Source of the DNA: Methanobacteriota archaeon
GTDB taxonomy: Archaea > Thermoplasmatota > Thermoplasmata > SG8-5 > JAGLSY01
NCBI GenBank assembly: GCA_020696385.1
Contig: JAEHCQ010000003.1
Location: 1-64,000 of the forward strand
Direction: 5' to 3'
DNA length: 64,000 bases
Below, piece by piece: positions 9,994 to 20,035 of the stretch. Numbering within the stretch: the stretch's first letter is position 1; every line of letters begins with the position of its first letter. A model generated the notes under the pieces. That model saw only the letters and a program-made list of their open reading frames with translations. It had not been told where the DNA came from and did no database searches. The position numbers and the translations under genes are program-made.

Positions 9994-12900
9994 ATGTATT
10001 CTGAAAATTCTAAGACCATCGTATGGTCGTTGATCGTACTGGCCATGATCATATCATCCTCAGCACAGGTCCTCTCCGACCCTGTGGAATTCGACGATAC
10101 AGATGGTACAAGGACCGCCCAATGGGATCTGATGACACCATCGGATCATGACTTTTACAATACCACGATGGAGCCAGGCTACCTCAATCTTTCCCAGTAT
10201 GGATCATCCTGGTTGCAGACCTCCTTTGAGGATTTCAATACATCAAAGGATTTTAAGATCAAGAATGATATTGATATAAGAGCAGATGGCTCCATCGCAC
10301 TGAAACAGAACCAGGCTCAGGAATTACTGACAAATGGTAATTTCACCACGGATGGCGATATTGAATGGGACTTCCAGAATCTTGGAGACAGCGCTACTGG
10401 CCAGTGGGCCAATGAGAGATGGGAGATACTATCTGTTGACCCGTCCCCTGTCGCCAGTTATAGCTCCAGTACGTGGCTTAATCAGAGCTTCAATCTGCCC
10501 TCTGTGCCATCTGACATGAATATCTCGGCCTTCCACAATTTCACATTGGGCGATGAAACATATGAGATCAATAATGGCTCCCTTGCCAGGATAATGATCA
10601 AGTCTCCTTGGGATCCTCCAGTCATACTTAATTACAGAGACTGGGCAAACATATCAGATATGGCATGGGTAGAGCTATGGTCTGACAACAGGAGCATGTT
10701 CAATTCATCTGGCCTGTACACCATATCACTTTTCACCTTTACAGAATCCAATGAGTCCAACAGGCAGTTGGGAGGAGTCCAACCAGGTGTCCTGAACCTT
10801 TGGGATGATGCCTCGATCAAGTTCTCGTCCTATGAGAGCGATGGCTGCTTCACATCGGAAGTACTGGACGCAGGCTCGCTCGTCCTTTGGAACAATATCT
10901 CCTGGACTGAAAGTCTACCATCTGGAACGGACATATCTTTCCAAGTAAGAGCCGGCAATTCACTTGATCCAGAGGACAGCATATGGTCCAATTGGTCCAC
11001 CCCACTCACGGACCCAGCCAGCTCGACTATCGATCTGCCTGTGAGCCAGTTCATACAATACAGGGCCAATTTCACAACATCCATGACGAATATCACACCG
11101 ATCCTCAGTGATGTTAATATCTCTTACAACAGGCATTATCTCAATGGTGTGCTTGAGACCATGGACCTGATACCTGGCAATGTCACGAACTGGGGCTTCT
11201 TCACTCACTCCGAGGAACTCAGAGGCCAGTATGTGAGTTATAAGTATTCCACGGATAGCGGGGTCAATTGGTACCCTGTGCCTCCAGATGGTGATCTGCG
11301 ATCGATAACACCCCTGAACATGATAAGGTTCAGAGCATTGCTGAATACCATGGACACTTCAATCACTCCATCGGTCAGATCCATGCAGCTGGACTATGTG
11401 GCCAGTGATCCAGCTATATCACTGGAAGGGCAATGGGACATGCCCGAAGTAGAACCGGGCATGGTCACCCGCCTTCATGTATTCCTCAATAATACGGCCC
11501 AGAGCACATCATCAAGCACCTGGCTTAGCATCTATCTTGATCCTAATATGATGTTCATGTCAGATAATGCGGATGCCCTCAGCATTTTCTACGAAAAGGA
11601 ACTGGACAATTCAACAGGCATCTATCGCTATCATTTCACTGACACCCCTCAAGGAAATTACTCTTTCTGGCTTGAGGCAAGGGCCAATACAGGTATTGAC
11701 AATGGGACCTCCACATCGACCATAATGGCCATTGAATACAATGATCCGCTTGACAATCGTGTTGGATCCTATCTTAAAGAGATATCCAATACCCTGATAT
11801 CGCCTATGATCTCGCTGGAGGTACTCATTGACCCCCATAGCGCGGATGTGGGTGATGTAATCCACTATTGGATAATGGTCAACAATACTGGCGGTGGAAG
11901 CTCGCCTGCATCCTGGCTAAATGGAACCTTGGACAATAGGTTGGACTTCCTCGATTCTGCAGGCAGCAGCCTCAATGGCTCAGATATAAGCTGGGAACTA
12001 CCATCGATCGCCAGTTATTCTAATCTGGCGATATCCATGAACATGACCTTGAAGGATAATGTGCTTCAAGGGTCCGCTGTGCCAACATCATTTTCAATAA
12101 ATTACTCAGACATATCTGGATTCATGAGAAGCAGTGTGTCCAATGATGAGGATCTAATATGCGAATTGAGATCAAGTGTGAGCCTTGACATGGTATCACA
12201 GATAGATCATGTCAGACCTGGTGATGCATTCATCATAACAGTATATTACAATAATTCAGAGCATGGAGCTGCCATATCCGTGGATATAGAGATCGAGATC
12301 CCAGACGGATTGGAGCTGGATAGCAGCAGTGTCCCATGGACGAGCTCTGGCGAGAATCACCTATGGAGCTTTTCCAATGTCATGCCTGGTCCACATTCAT
12401 ATACGGCCACTATCAAGGCCCTGGACATATCAGACAGGATAGCGCACACGAACATAACTGCAAGAATGACAGTTATGGATCCCATTGACGGCCTGCAGGA
12501 GGTCATCATACCCAGCCCTCTGCCTATCATGATCGAGAGCTACATCTCCAATATAGAAATGGATGTGATCTCACCATCTCCTCTACTGAGGCCAGGAGAT
12601 ATAATCGTATTCACGGTTTATTACAACAATACAGGAGATGGCCCTGCCTCCCTTGTGACCTTCAGCCTCAATATGCCTTATGGACTTGAGTTCCAGAGCA
12701 GTAGTATCCCTCGCGAGACAGATGTAGCCTATACCTGGAATTTCACCGAGGTATCGCCAGGCTCACATTCTTTCACCATATCCCTCAGAGCGGCAGACAT
12801 TTCAGAGGAGAGCGTACGGGCAAGCTACAGGGTCATCATGGTGTCCTCAGACCCCATCGATGGTGAGAGACCAGCCGAGTTCTCGGATGATATCACATTA

Positions 12901-13473
12901 GATATCGAGCGCATAATAACCATATGGGAAAAAATATACTGGCCATGGTCGGGAATATTATTATTTATATTATTATCTATAATTATAATTATATTATGGA
13001 ATAAATATAAACCAATCCCTCCAAGTATAGATGATGCCTTCCTGATATACAAGGATGGAAGACTGATATCCCATCAGAAATCCACACATGGGCTCAGAGC
13101 GGAATTGGATGGAGACATAGTGAGTGCCATGCTTACAGCGGTCCAGCAATTCGTAAATGACTCGCTGGACGAGACAGGAACTGACAAGATCAGAAAACTG
13201 GAATTTGGCGACCGCGAGCTATTCATGGAGAGAGGTGAGAATATCTACATGGCCATCATGTTCACAGGAACCCTGACAAAGAAACTGGATGACCAGATAA
13301 CCGAACTTATAGGACAGATAGAGAATGAATTCCCCGAGCTGGCTGCCTGGAATGGAAGGATGAAAGGGCTGGAGAACATAGATGATAAGCTCAAGGAATT
13401 GATCAATGAATGGCAACAGATTGATGATGAACATTCACCAGATGGAGATCATCCATCCGATATTGACAATTAA
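9994..13473 (+). CDS. Large single-pass surface protein (DUF11-like Ig repeats) with cytoplasmic longin/roadblock-like domain
   Basis: Signal peptide, repeated PGD...TVYYNN units, TM helix WSGILLFILLSIIIIILW, then FLIYKDGRLI...SAMLTAVQQFV...LEFGD domain. Confidence 0.8.
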   Translation: MYSENSKTIVWSLIVLAMIISSSAQVLSDPVEFDDTDGTRTAQWDLMTPSDHDFYNTTMEPGYLNLSQYGSSWLQTSFEDFNTSKDFKIKNDIDIRADGSIALKQNQAQELLTNGNFTTDGDIEWDFQNLGDSATGQWANERWEILSVDPSPVASYSSSTWLNQSFNLPSVPSDMNISAFHNFTLGDETYEINNGSLARIMIKSPWDPPVILNYRDWANISDMAWVELWSDNRSMFNSSGLYTISLFTFTESNESNRQLGGVQPGVLNLWDDASIKFSSYESDGCFTSEVLDAGSLVLWNNISWTESLPSGTDISFQVRAGNSLDPEDSIWSNWSTPLTDPASSTIDLPVSQFIQYRANFTTSMTNITPILSDVNISYNRHYLNGVLETMDLIPGNVTNWGFFTHSEELRGQYVSYKYSTDSGVNWYPVPPDGDLRSITPLNMIRFRALLNTMDTSITPSVRSMQLDYVASDPAISLEGQWDMPEVEPGMVTRLHVFLNNTAQSTSSSTWLSIYLDPNMMFMSDNADALSIFYEKELDNSTGIYRYHFTDTPQGNYSFWLEARANTGIDNGTSTSTIMAIEYNDPLDNRVGSYLKEISNTLISPMISLEVLIDPHSADVGDVIHYWIMVNNTGGGSSPASWLNGTLDNRLDFLDSAGSSLNGSDISWELPSIASYSNLAISMNMTLKDNVLQGSAVPTSFSINYSDISGFMRSSVSNDEDLICELRSSVSLDMVSQIDHVRPGDAFIITVYYNNSEHGAAISVDIEIEIPDGLELDSSSVPWTSSGENHLWSFSNVMPGPHSYTATIKALDISDRIAHTNITARMTVMDPIDGLQEVIIPSPLPIMIESYISNIEMDVISPSPLLRPGDIIVFTVYYNNTGDGPASLVTFSLNMPYGLEFQSSSIPRETDVAYTWNFTEVSPGSHSFTISLRAADISEESVRASYRVIMVSSDPIDGERPAEFSDDITLDIERIITIWEKIYWPWSGILLFILLSIIIIILWNKYKPIPPSIDDAFLIYKDGRLISHQKSTHGLRAELDGDIVSAMLTAVQQFVNDSLDETGTDKIRKLEFGDRELFMERGENIYMAIMFTGTLTKKLDDQITELIGQIENEFPELAAWNGRMKGLENIDDKLKELINEWQQIDDEHSPDGDHPSDIDN

Positions 13474-13553
13474 ACTGATAATAATTAATAGAAATAATCT
13501 ATCGAAATATTACCATATCTGACTGGCACATGACTTAATTGCCAGGGTCGATA

Positions 13554-14405
13554 TCAGAACTTATTGACAAGGTAGAGTCTCTTTGTTCGATTGAGATTCA
13601 CGGTTTCGGGTGGCTTGAACTTCTCCTCGGCATTGGCCAGGGCATTTATCAAAGCAACCACATCCTTCTTTACAGGGTTATCCAGATCCATACCGACAGA
13701 TTCTATCTGATGCTTGACAACAGGACTGGCAGTCTCTATGCCTCCATTCTGATTGCAGAAATCCGAAATAATATGATCCACAACACCCACCAATGAATTG
13801 ATATCCTCCTTGTCTATGATATAACTGGCACCATCCAACCCAGATTTTATTTCGATAGTGGTGCTTCTGAGAGTGGCCGCCATTTCGATAAAGGTATCTT
13901 CTACATTGTCTCCGGTCTTCGCACTGGTGATAAAGGCCTGAGCTTCCATCCCATCATAGCTGAACTCTGCTGCCACCTCCCTGAGTTCCTCAATACCGAA
14001 CTCAGCGTCTGCACTAAGATCGCCTTTATTCCCGATAAAGACCAATGGCAATGGACCTGTCACACTGAGAAGTGATGGTAACCAGTACTCTGCCAGGCTT
14101 TGAAGCGTGTCCTTCCTTGTGATATCAGCTACCAGAAGCGCACCTTCAATTCCTCCGAAGGAAAGAGCCTGGGTGAATCGGTATCCCTTTTGTCCAAGGA
14201 TATCCCATACAAGCAATACCATATGTGTTCTGTCCGTGCCAGTATCAAGATATATCTCTTTCTTCGTGACCTTGGACCCGATGGTAGTGATATATTTATC
14301 ACTAAACTGATCTGTTACAAATCGTCTTATCAAACTAGTCTTCCCAACGGCCCCATCCCCGAGAAGGATTATGTTTTTCTTAATTGTCTCATCTGGCATA
14401 TTCAA
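13554..14405 (-). CDS. Rab-like small GTPase (Ras superfamily) with C-terminal helical extension
   Basis: G1 GDGAVGKTS, G2 YITTIG, G3 WDILGQ, G4 NKGD, G5 SAKTG. Confidence 0.92.
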   Translation of the reverse strand: MNMPDETIKKNIILLGDGAVGKTSLIRRFVTDQFSDKYITTIGSKVTKKEIYLDTGTDRTHMVLLVWDILGQKGYRFTQALSFGGIEGALLVADITRKDTLQSLAEYWLPSLLSVTGPLPLVFIGNKGDLSADAEFGIEELREVAAEFSYDGMEAQAFITSAKTGDNVEDTFIEMAATLRSTTIEIKSGLDGASYIIDKEDINSLVGVVDHIISDFCNQNGGIETASPVVKHQIESVGMDLDNPVKKDVVALINALANAEEKFKPPETVNLNRTKRLYLVNKF

Positions 14406-14595
14406 ACTCCATGATTTTTATCGCCCATATTAACCATAGTTATAAAGAATGTTAAGTGAAAGACCGATATAAATATTTGCCATAATTTTAAAAAAAATAG
14501 TGGGTGATCATGCATATGTTTCTTGGCCAAAGGAGACCTGACCACATTCCCAGATAGGCACAAGATTGATATTCACATTGTAAATATATGGGAGC

Positions 14596-15282
14596 ATGGA
14601 CAAGACTATCAACATGAATTTAGACTTGTCACAGGACAAAGCCATGATATCCAAACTCCATGAGATGTATGCGGACATAAAACCAGACATCATACAGAGA
14701 CTGGAAGACTTTGCCAGCAAATGGGAAACTGGCAATGATGAAGATATATTTGCCGAGCTGGTCTTCTGTCTGCTCACCCCCCAATCAAAGGCCAAGGTAT
14801 GCTGGCCAGCAGTTGAAAGGATGGTCAGCGATGGCTCATTGTTCTCGGGCGATCATGATGGCATACTCGAATGCGTGTCCAATGTGCGTTTCAAGAACAA
14901 TAAGACCAAATATATCATGGAAGCCAGGCAGTTCTTTTTAATAAATAGTAATATTAATATAAAAAAGAGAATAATAAAACAAGACCGGCCAAAAGACAGG
15001 CGCGAATGGCTGGTAAATAGCATCAAAGGAATGGGATACAAGGAGGCCAGTCATTTCCTGCGTAATATAGGAATGGGACAGGAATTAGCGATCCTCGACC
15101 GCCACATCCTGCGCAATCTTGTGGCCATCGGCATCATAGATAAGATGCCGACATCTATCTCACCAAAGAGATATCTGGCCATCGAGGAGAAGATGGCCAT
15201 TTTCGCATCCGACATCAATATTCCAATGGATCATCTGGACCTCCTGCTGTGGTACAAGGAAGCAGGCGAGATATTCAAGTGA
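14596..15282 (+). CDS. ogg: 8-oxoguanine DNA glycosylase/AP lyase (Ogg2 type)
   Basis: ELVFCLLTPQS, HhH KGMGYKEASHFLRNIG, AILDRHILR, DLLLWY. Confidence 0.92.
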   Translation: MDKTINMNLDLSQDKAMISKLHEMYADIKPDIIQRLEDFASKWETGNDEDIFAELVFCLLTPQSKAKVCWPAVERMVSDGSLFSGDHDGILECVSNVRFKNNKTKYIMEARQFFLINSNINIKKRIIKQDRPKDRREWLVNSIKGMGYKEASHFLRNIGMGQELAILDRHILRNLVAIGIIDKMPTSISPKRYLAIEEKMAIFASDINIPMDHLDLLLWYKEAGEIFK

Positions 15283-15375
15283 TATCTAATGCTCATTCTC
15301 ACAGAGATTAAGGCTCTCGTATAATTACGTTACTTTTATATGGGAATATTGAATACACCGATTAGAGTGATTGTT

Positions 15376-16065
15376 ATGGCTGCCACAAAGGGAAAAAGCG
15401 CAAGCAAAAGCAAAGCGAAAAGTACTCCGAAAGCAACTCCAAAGGCTAAACCAGCGGCTAAGCCGAAGGCTAAGTCCACAGACTGGTTTGCTGACCTGGA
15501 TGCCGAACTGGACAAGAAGACCGAAAGAGCAATTGATGTAGATGGCGGATCCAGCTCGAAGAAGGAAACGCTCAACAGAACACTTGTTGAGGATTTCTGG
15601 AAGATCGTCCTGAGATTCGAGAAGATCAATATCCATTTCTCTATCGAGCCAGCATACAGTGAGTTTGCTAAATTCGAGAAGTATCCCTTTGAGTGGACGA
15701 TGAAAGAGAATGCAGCCTATATTGACATAAGCGAGATCAAGATAGCTGACAAGACCCAGAGCGATAACAGGGTCGGAGATATTCTCAGATTCAAATATTA
15801 CAAGCTCAATGGCAAGGACCATGTCAGATTATCATTCGAATTCTGCGAGGGCGAGCATTACTACAAATATTCAGGATGGAAGAGAATGTTCGGCGAGTAT
15901 GTCGCATATGACACCTCTGTAAAGAATGCGAACCTGGATGAAATTCATGCCATACTGGCAGATATCGTCAGGTCATGGTACGAGTCCCACCTGAGAAGGG
16001 ACAGGGATGTCCTCCTCAAGCACATGGATAAGAGCTACGAGAAGGGCGAGACCTATACGGAATAG
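15376..16065 (+). CDS. Hypothetical protein with Lys/Ala/Pro-rich N-terminal tail
   Basis: Long ORF with GAGTGA RBS; low-complexity basic N-terminus then globular domain. Confidence 0.8.
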   Translation: MAATKGKSASKSKAKSTPKATPKAKPAAKPKAKSTDWFADLDAELDKKTERAIDVDGGSSSKKETLNRTLVEDFWKIVLRFEKINIHFSIEPAYSEFAKFEKYPFEWTMKENAAYIDISEIKIADKTQSDNRVGDILRFKYYKLNGKDHVRLSFEFCEGEHYYKYSGWKRMFGEYVAYDTSVKNANLDEIHAILADIVRSWYESHLRRDRDVLLKHMDKSYEKGETYTE

Positions 16066-16200
16066 ATTACAAACTATTCCGCATCTTTCATTTTCTATGA
16101 TCCAGATTCATCGCTATCGGGATCTATCATTATCAAAAACTGGCATAGCATATTGCCAGCATAACATATTGTCAACAATGTATATGCAGGTCAATGCAAG

Positions 16201-16352
16201 CATGCCCCGTCCCGAGAGACGCAGGGGCGGGGTACTATATTCATTGAGGATTCAAGTGACAGTTGCGATGTGCCAGTAAGAAGATAAACACCTCGCATTT
16301 GAAAGCGAGGTGTCAAATTAAGCCCCGTCAGGAGTTCAACGATGGACGGGGT
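16201..16352 (+). mobile_element. Cluster of IS200/IS605 end-like GC-rich hairpins (non-autonomous remnant)
   Basis: CATGCCCCGTC...GGCGGGGT, ACACCTCGC...GCGAGGTGTCAA, GCCCCGTC...GACGGGGT; shares sequence with 48506-48628. Confidence 0.55.
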
Positions 16353-16464
16353 CCTTATCAACACCCCATTTAACAAACGAACACCACACACTGCCGCACC
16401 CAGCTTAACAAATCGAATCCTAAATACCAAATGGCCGAATATCCAAAACAAAGGCCAGAACAGA

Positions 16465-16683
16465 TCAAATACCATTCTTAAAAGACGGAGAGAAGAACCT
16501 GCCTTCCTCCTTTTCGAACTTGTTGAAGGTCTCCAAAATATCGATGCAATCAAAGCAGAAACCATTTCTCTTATCATCGGGCAAGACCACAAGTGAATTG
16601 CCACATTTTCTACAAGAAGTATGACTGGTAAAAGCCTCGTCGGCCTGTAATGCAACATGCCTTAAATCGGGTCTCAGATCCAT
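16465..16683 (-). CDS. Small zinc-finger protein
   Basis: CRKC-x15-CFDC motif. Confidence 0.65.
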   Translation of the reverse strand: MDLRPDLRHVALQADEAFTSHTSCRKCGNSLVVLPDDKRNGFCFDCIDILETFNKFEKEEGRFFSPSFKNGI

Positions 16684-16827
16684 TTGAACACCAATATATT
16701 CAAGTCCTGTGTGCATCCCGTAGAAGGGTTATGAACAAGGCATATATATAGGTTTTTTTATCTGACTTTATCTAATTATATATTGGGCATAGCCAGGTAT
16801 TTTTATATTCATTTTTTATAAAAATAT

Positions 16828-18138
16828 TTAGCCTCTTATTTCGCTCATCCTTTTTATACGTTTCTGTAGAGCATCCGGTGTTCCGATATCATGTCTCATG
16901 AAAACTTCACCTTTGATGGAGCTCACGGCCTTCTCGCAGATCCGCTCGGCCTCGAAAATATCATCGGCAATTCCTATAACGGCAAGGGATCTAGAAGATG
17001 TGGTAAACACCTTGCCGTTCTCCTCGTTCACAGAGGCATAATAGAGCTTCGCCCCCATGCTTGTGATATCATCCTCATCCAGGGTGATCTCCGCACCCAC
17101 AAGGGATTTTACACCATACCCCTTGGGCACGATATACTTGCACACTGTCGCCTTATTCTGATACTTGGCCATCTCTGGCTTCAGGTTCCCATCCACCATA
17201 GCCTTGCAGATGTCCAGAAAGCTGGATTCCAGCAATGGGAGGACATTCATCGCTTCGGGATCCCCAAAACGCGCATTGAACTCCACACACCGAACTCCAT
17301 CCTTGGTTGCGATGAAACCTCCGTACATCACGCCCTTGTAAGGCACTCCGCATTCCTCCCGGAGTGCGTCGCATGTTCTCTGGGTTATGGCCAGTGCTTC
17401 CTCATAATCTCCTGGTCTCAGGAAAGGTAATGAATGGTCATGATCTGAATAACTGCCCATACCACCAGTATTGGGGCCAGTGTCTCCCTCATAGGCTCTT
17501 TTATGATCCTGTGCAAGAGGTGAGCCGATAACTGTGAAACCATCGGATAGTGCCTGAAGACTGAATTCCTCGCCAATGAATTTTTCTTCGATAACAACAG
17601 AGCCGTGCTTGAGAATGCATTCCTCAGCGTATTTCAAACCATCTTCTATTGTTTCCAGATGCTCACCACTGAGCTTCACGCCTTTTCCACCGCATAGCCC
17701 ATCATCCTTGACGACATATTCCCCAAGTCTTTCCAGCCATGCCCTCATTCCGTCCATATTGTGGAATACGGCATATTTTGCATTTCCAGGAATGTCATAT
17801 TTCTCAAAAAGACCTCTTGTGAAAGATTTACTGGTCTCCAATCTTGCAAGTTCTTTTGTGGGGCCGATGCAGGAAATTCCTGCTTCCATTAGCTCATCGA
17901 CCAATCCAGCCTCAAGTGGTCCTTCTGGTCCGATGATGGCCATATCGATCCCTTTTTCCATTGCCCAATCTGTGATCTTCTCGATCTCGGTCTCAGCCAG
18001 GTAGAGAATGTCATCACAGTATCTGGCTATCCCCGGATTACGGTTCTTCATTACCACATACAATGCTACTTCATCCCTACTCAAAGCCTCAATGATGGCA
18101 TGCTCCCTGGCGCCTCCGCCCACTACAAGAACTTTCAT
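16828..18138 (-). CDS. purD: Phosphoribosylamine--glycine ligase
   Basis: VGGGAREHA, GPEGPL, QDHKRAYEGDTGPNTGGMG, EFNARFGDPE. Confidence 0.97.
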   Translation of the reverse strand: MKVLVVGGGAREHAIIEALSRDEVALYVVMKNRNPGIARYCDDILYLAETEIEKITDWAMEKGIDMAIIGPEGPLEAGLVDELMEAGISCIGPTKELARLETSKSFTRGLFEKYDIPGNAKYAVFHNMDGMRAWLERLGEYVVKDDGLCGGKGVKLSGEHLETIEDGLKYAEECILKHGSVVIEEKFIGEEFSLQALSDGFTVIGSPLAQDHKRAYEGDTGPNTGGMGSYSDHDHSLPFLRPGDYEEALAITQRTCDALREECGVPYKGVMYGGFIATKDGVRCVEFNARFGDPEAMNVLPLLESSFLDICKAMVDGNLKPEMAKYQNKATVCKYIVPKGYGVKSLVGAEITLDEDDITSMGAKLYYASVNEENGKVFTTSSRSLAVIGIADDIFEAERICEKAVSSIKGEVFMRHDIGTPDALQKRIKRMSEIRG

Positions 18139-18237
18139 GTTATCAGGGGTTGATTGCGCAGGGCATTGTTAAGGATTACGGAGAGTTAAATGCCATCGCA
18201 GATAATCTTTTTAACCTCCCTAGCCATATTAACCGAC

Positions 18238-18615
18238 ATGCAAGAACTGACTGGCGTGAAATTCGTGGAGAAGAAGTCAAAATTCTTCGCCCATCTTTAT
18301 TCAATAAACTCGCCAGATGAGATTGATGAAATCCTGAAGATCCACCGCAGAAAGTACAAAAAAGCCAATCACCATTGCTTCGCCCTGTGCTTTTTGAAGG
18401 ACGGCCAGCAGGTGGAGATGGCAAAGGATGACGGAGAGGTTGGTCATCCTGGTAGAGTTCTACAGGAGATACTGAAAAAGAATAAGATGGACACGCATGT
18501 GCTTATCGTGTCCAGGGTATTCGGCGGTATCAAACTGGGAGTAGGCGGAGTATCACGGGCTTTCAAGGAAGCTGGCAATGGCGTGATGGATCGTTTTAAT
18601 GAACAGGCCGATTGA
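18238..18615 (+). CDS. YigZ/IMPACT family protein (N-terminal domain only)
   Basis: EKKSKF, KANHHCFA, DDGE, VSRVFGGIKLGVGG. Confidence 0.9.
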   Translation: MQELTGVKFVEKKSKFFAHLYSINSPDEIDEILKIHRRKYKKANHHCFALCFLKDGQQVEMAKDDGEVGHPGRVLQEILKKNKMDTHVLIVSRVFGGIKLGVGGVSRAFKEAGNGVMDRFNEQAD

Positions 18616-18719
18616 TTGTTGTTACCATTGTTGTTAATATGCGTTGAGATATATTATTATGATATTATATATTATCGATATATATTAATATTAATATCAA
18701 TTAGATAAATATGGCAATA

Positions 18720-19106
18720 TCACATCACTTTTGTCAATATCTGGGTATTGAAAAGCTTACCCAAATATACCGCAAATATGCAGACTACGATGGTTATAGT
18801 GACATAGGTCGCGGCCTTCATTGTATCGCCATTCTCGAAGAAATTTAATATCTCATAACTGAAGGTACTCATGGTGGTGAAGGCCCCCATTATACCAATA
18901 CCAAGAAACACCTTCCACTCGGTCGAAAGATCCAGCTTACTTAGGGATGAGAACATGATGACACCCAGAAGGAAAGAGCCAATGATATTGACTGCCAGAG
19001 TCCCATATGGTAGTCGGGGCTCATTGAGAAGGTCACCTACCCCATAGCGGAGTATTGCGCCGATAAAGCCACCAGTGCCCACAAGCAATGCAAGTTTGAG
19101 ATCCAT
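18720..19106 (-). CDS. crcB: Fluoride channel Fluc/CrcB
   Basis: GGFIGAILRY, GTLAVNIIGS, GAFTTMSTF motifs. Confidence 0.94.
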   Translation of the reverse strand: MDLKLALLVGTGGFIGAILRYGVGDLLNEPRLPYGTLAVNIIGSFLLGVIMFSSLSKLDLSTEWKVFLGIGIMGAFTTMSTFSYEILNFFENGDTMKAATYVTITIVVCIFAVYLGKLFNTQILTKVM

Positions 19107-19173
19107 ATTTATTACCACACCATTTCAGAAGTCAATAATAGATGATGGTTTATGAAATTTTGGATAGTGGGAT

Positions 19174-19218
19174 CTTTCTAATCGCCTATTCTCAATCTAT
19201 TACTAGCGATTAGAAAAG
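19174..19218. terminator. Inverted repeat between prsW and crcB (terminator-like)
   Basis: CTTTCTAATCGC...GCGATTAGAAAAG. Confidence 0.45.
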
Positions 19219-19258
19219 TTAATACGATAACATTCAAATCCCCAACATAGTATTTACT

Positions 19259-19930
19259 TCATGATGCAGAATCCTTGGTGAGGAAAATAAGTAACATTGC
19301 CAGTGCCATCGCTCCAATGAATGCGATAAGGCTAGCAGACGATGCCAGGTAATTGTAGACTCCGTGCATGAGAACTGCCAGAAGGTAGAAGGGTATGATA
19401 ACTAGCCAGGAGCTATGATCCACAACATATCTTGCATATCCCTGGCCAGTTAGGGCTGTCGCACTGGCATGCAAAGCGCAGGCCGCGAAACTTCTGAGTA
19501 TCGCAGTCATCAGGAAGGATTCCCAGCCACCATCATTCAATGCCGATAACTCGTACAGCAGGTTCTCGGTGGCCGCAAAGCCCAGGCCAGCAGTTGCTCC
19601 AAGTATTACTCCATCCTGCAGGGAGCCTATATCCCAGCCAGTGAACTTCAGACCCAGAGGCTTGGCGAACTCCTCGGCAAAGGGTGCGATAACCACGACC
19701 ATGAATAGGGCGGATGAAGTATATTCACGAGGGCTGAAGCCTGGAGCCAGCATCTCCAAAATGATAGCTATGATAACTGCAAAGCCCGCTCCCCAAATGA
19801 ACATGATGAGCAAGCTGGACATTGACAGAACTGTATTGGAGCCCTTCATGAGCCAGCCTATCCAAAATATGGATGGCAAGAAGGCCACCAGAAGGAAAAA
19901 AACAATTGTCTGCAAGAGATCGATGTCCAT
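19259..19930 (-). CDS. PrsW family intramembrane metalloprotease
   Basis: EEFAK, GFAATEN, LHASAT, HGVYN motifs in a multi-TM protein. Confidence 0.9.
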   Translation of the reverse strand: MDIDLLQTIVFFLLVAFLPSIFWIGWLMKGSNTVLSMSSLLIMFIWGAGFAVIIAIILEMLAPGFSPREYTSSALFMVVVIAPFAEEFAKPLGLKFTGWDIGSLQDGVILGATAGLGFAATENLLYELSALNDGGWESFLMTAILRSFAACALHASATALTGQGYARYVVDHSSWLVIIPFYLLAVLMHGVYNYLASSASLIAFIGAMALAMLLIFLTKDSAS

Positions 19931-20035
19931 GATACATGCTCCTGTAACATGTAATGGCGGCCAATAATATAACTATTTTTTCGTGGAACCTATTTAATAT
20001 TACCTGTCCTTAGCACGAACTTCGAAGGTAGCTTC

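Noticed and set aside
19107-19200. Fluoride riboswitch upstream of crcB
   Set aside because: Fragments (GGCGAT, TAAACC, TGACTTCT) resemble it, but the GGCGA/TCGCC stem is missing; cmscan against the crcB model would be decisive.
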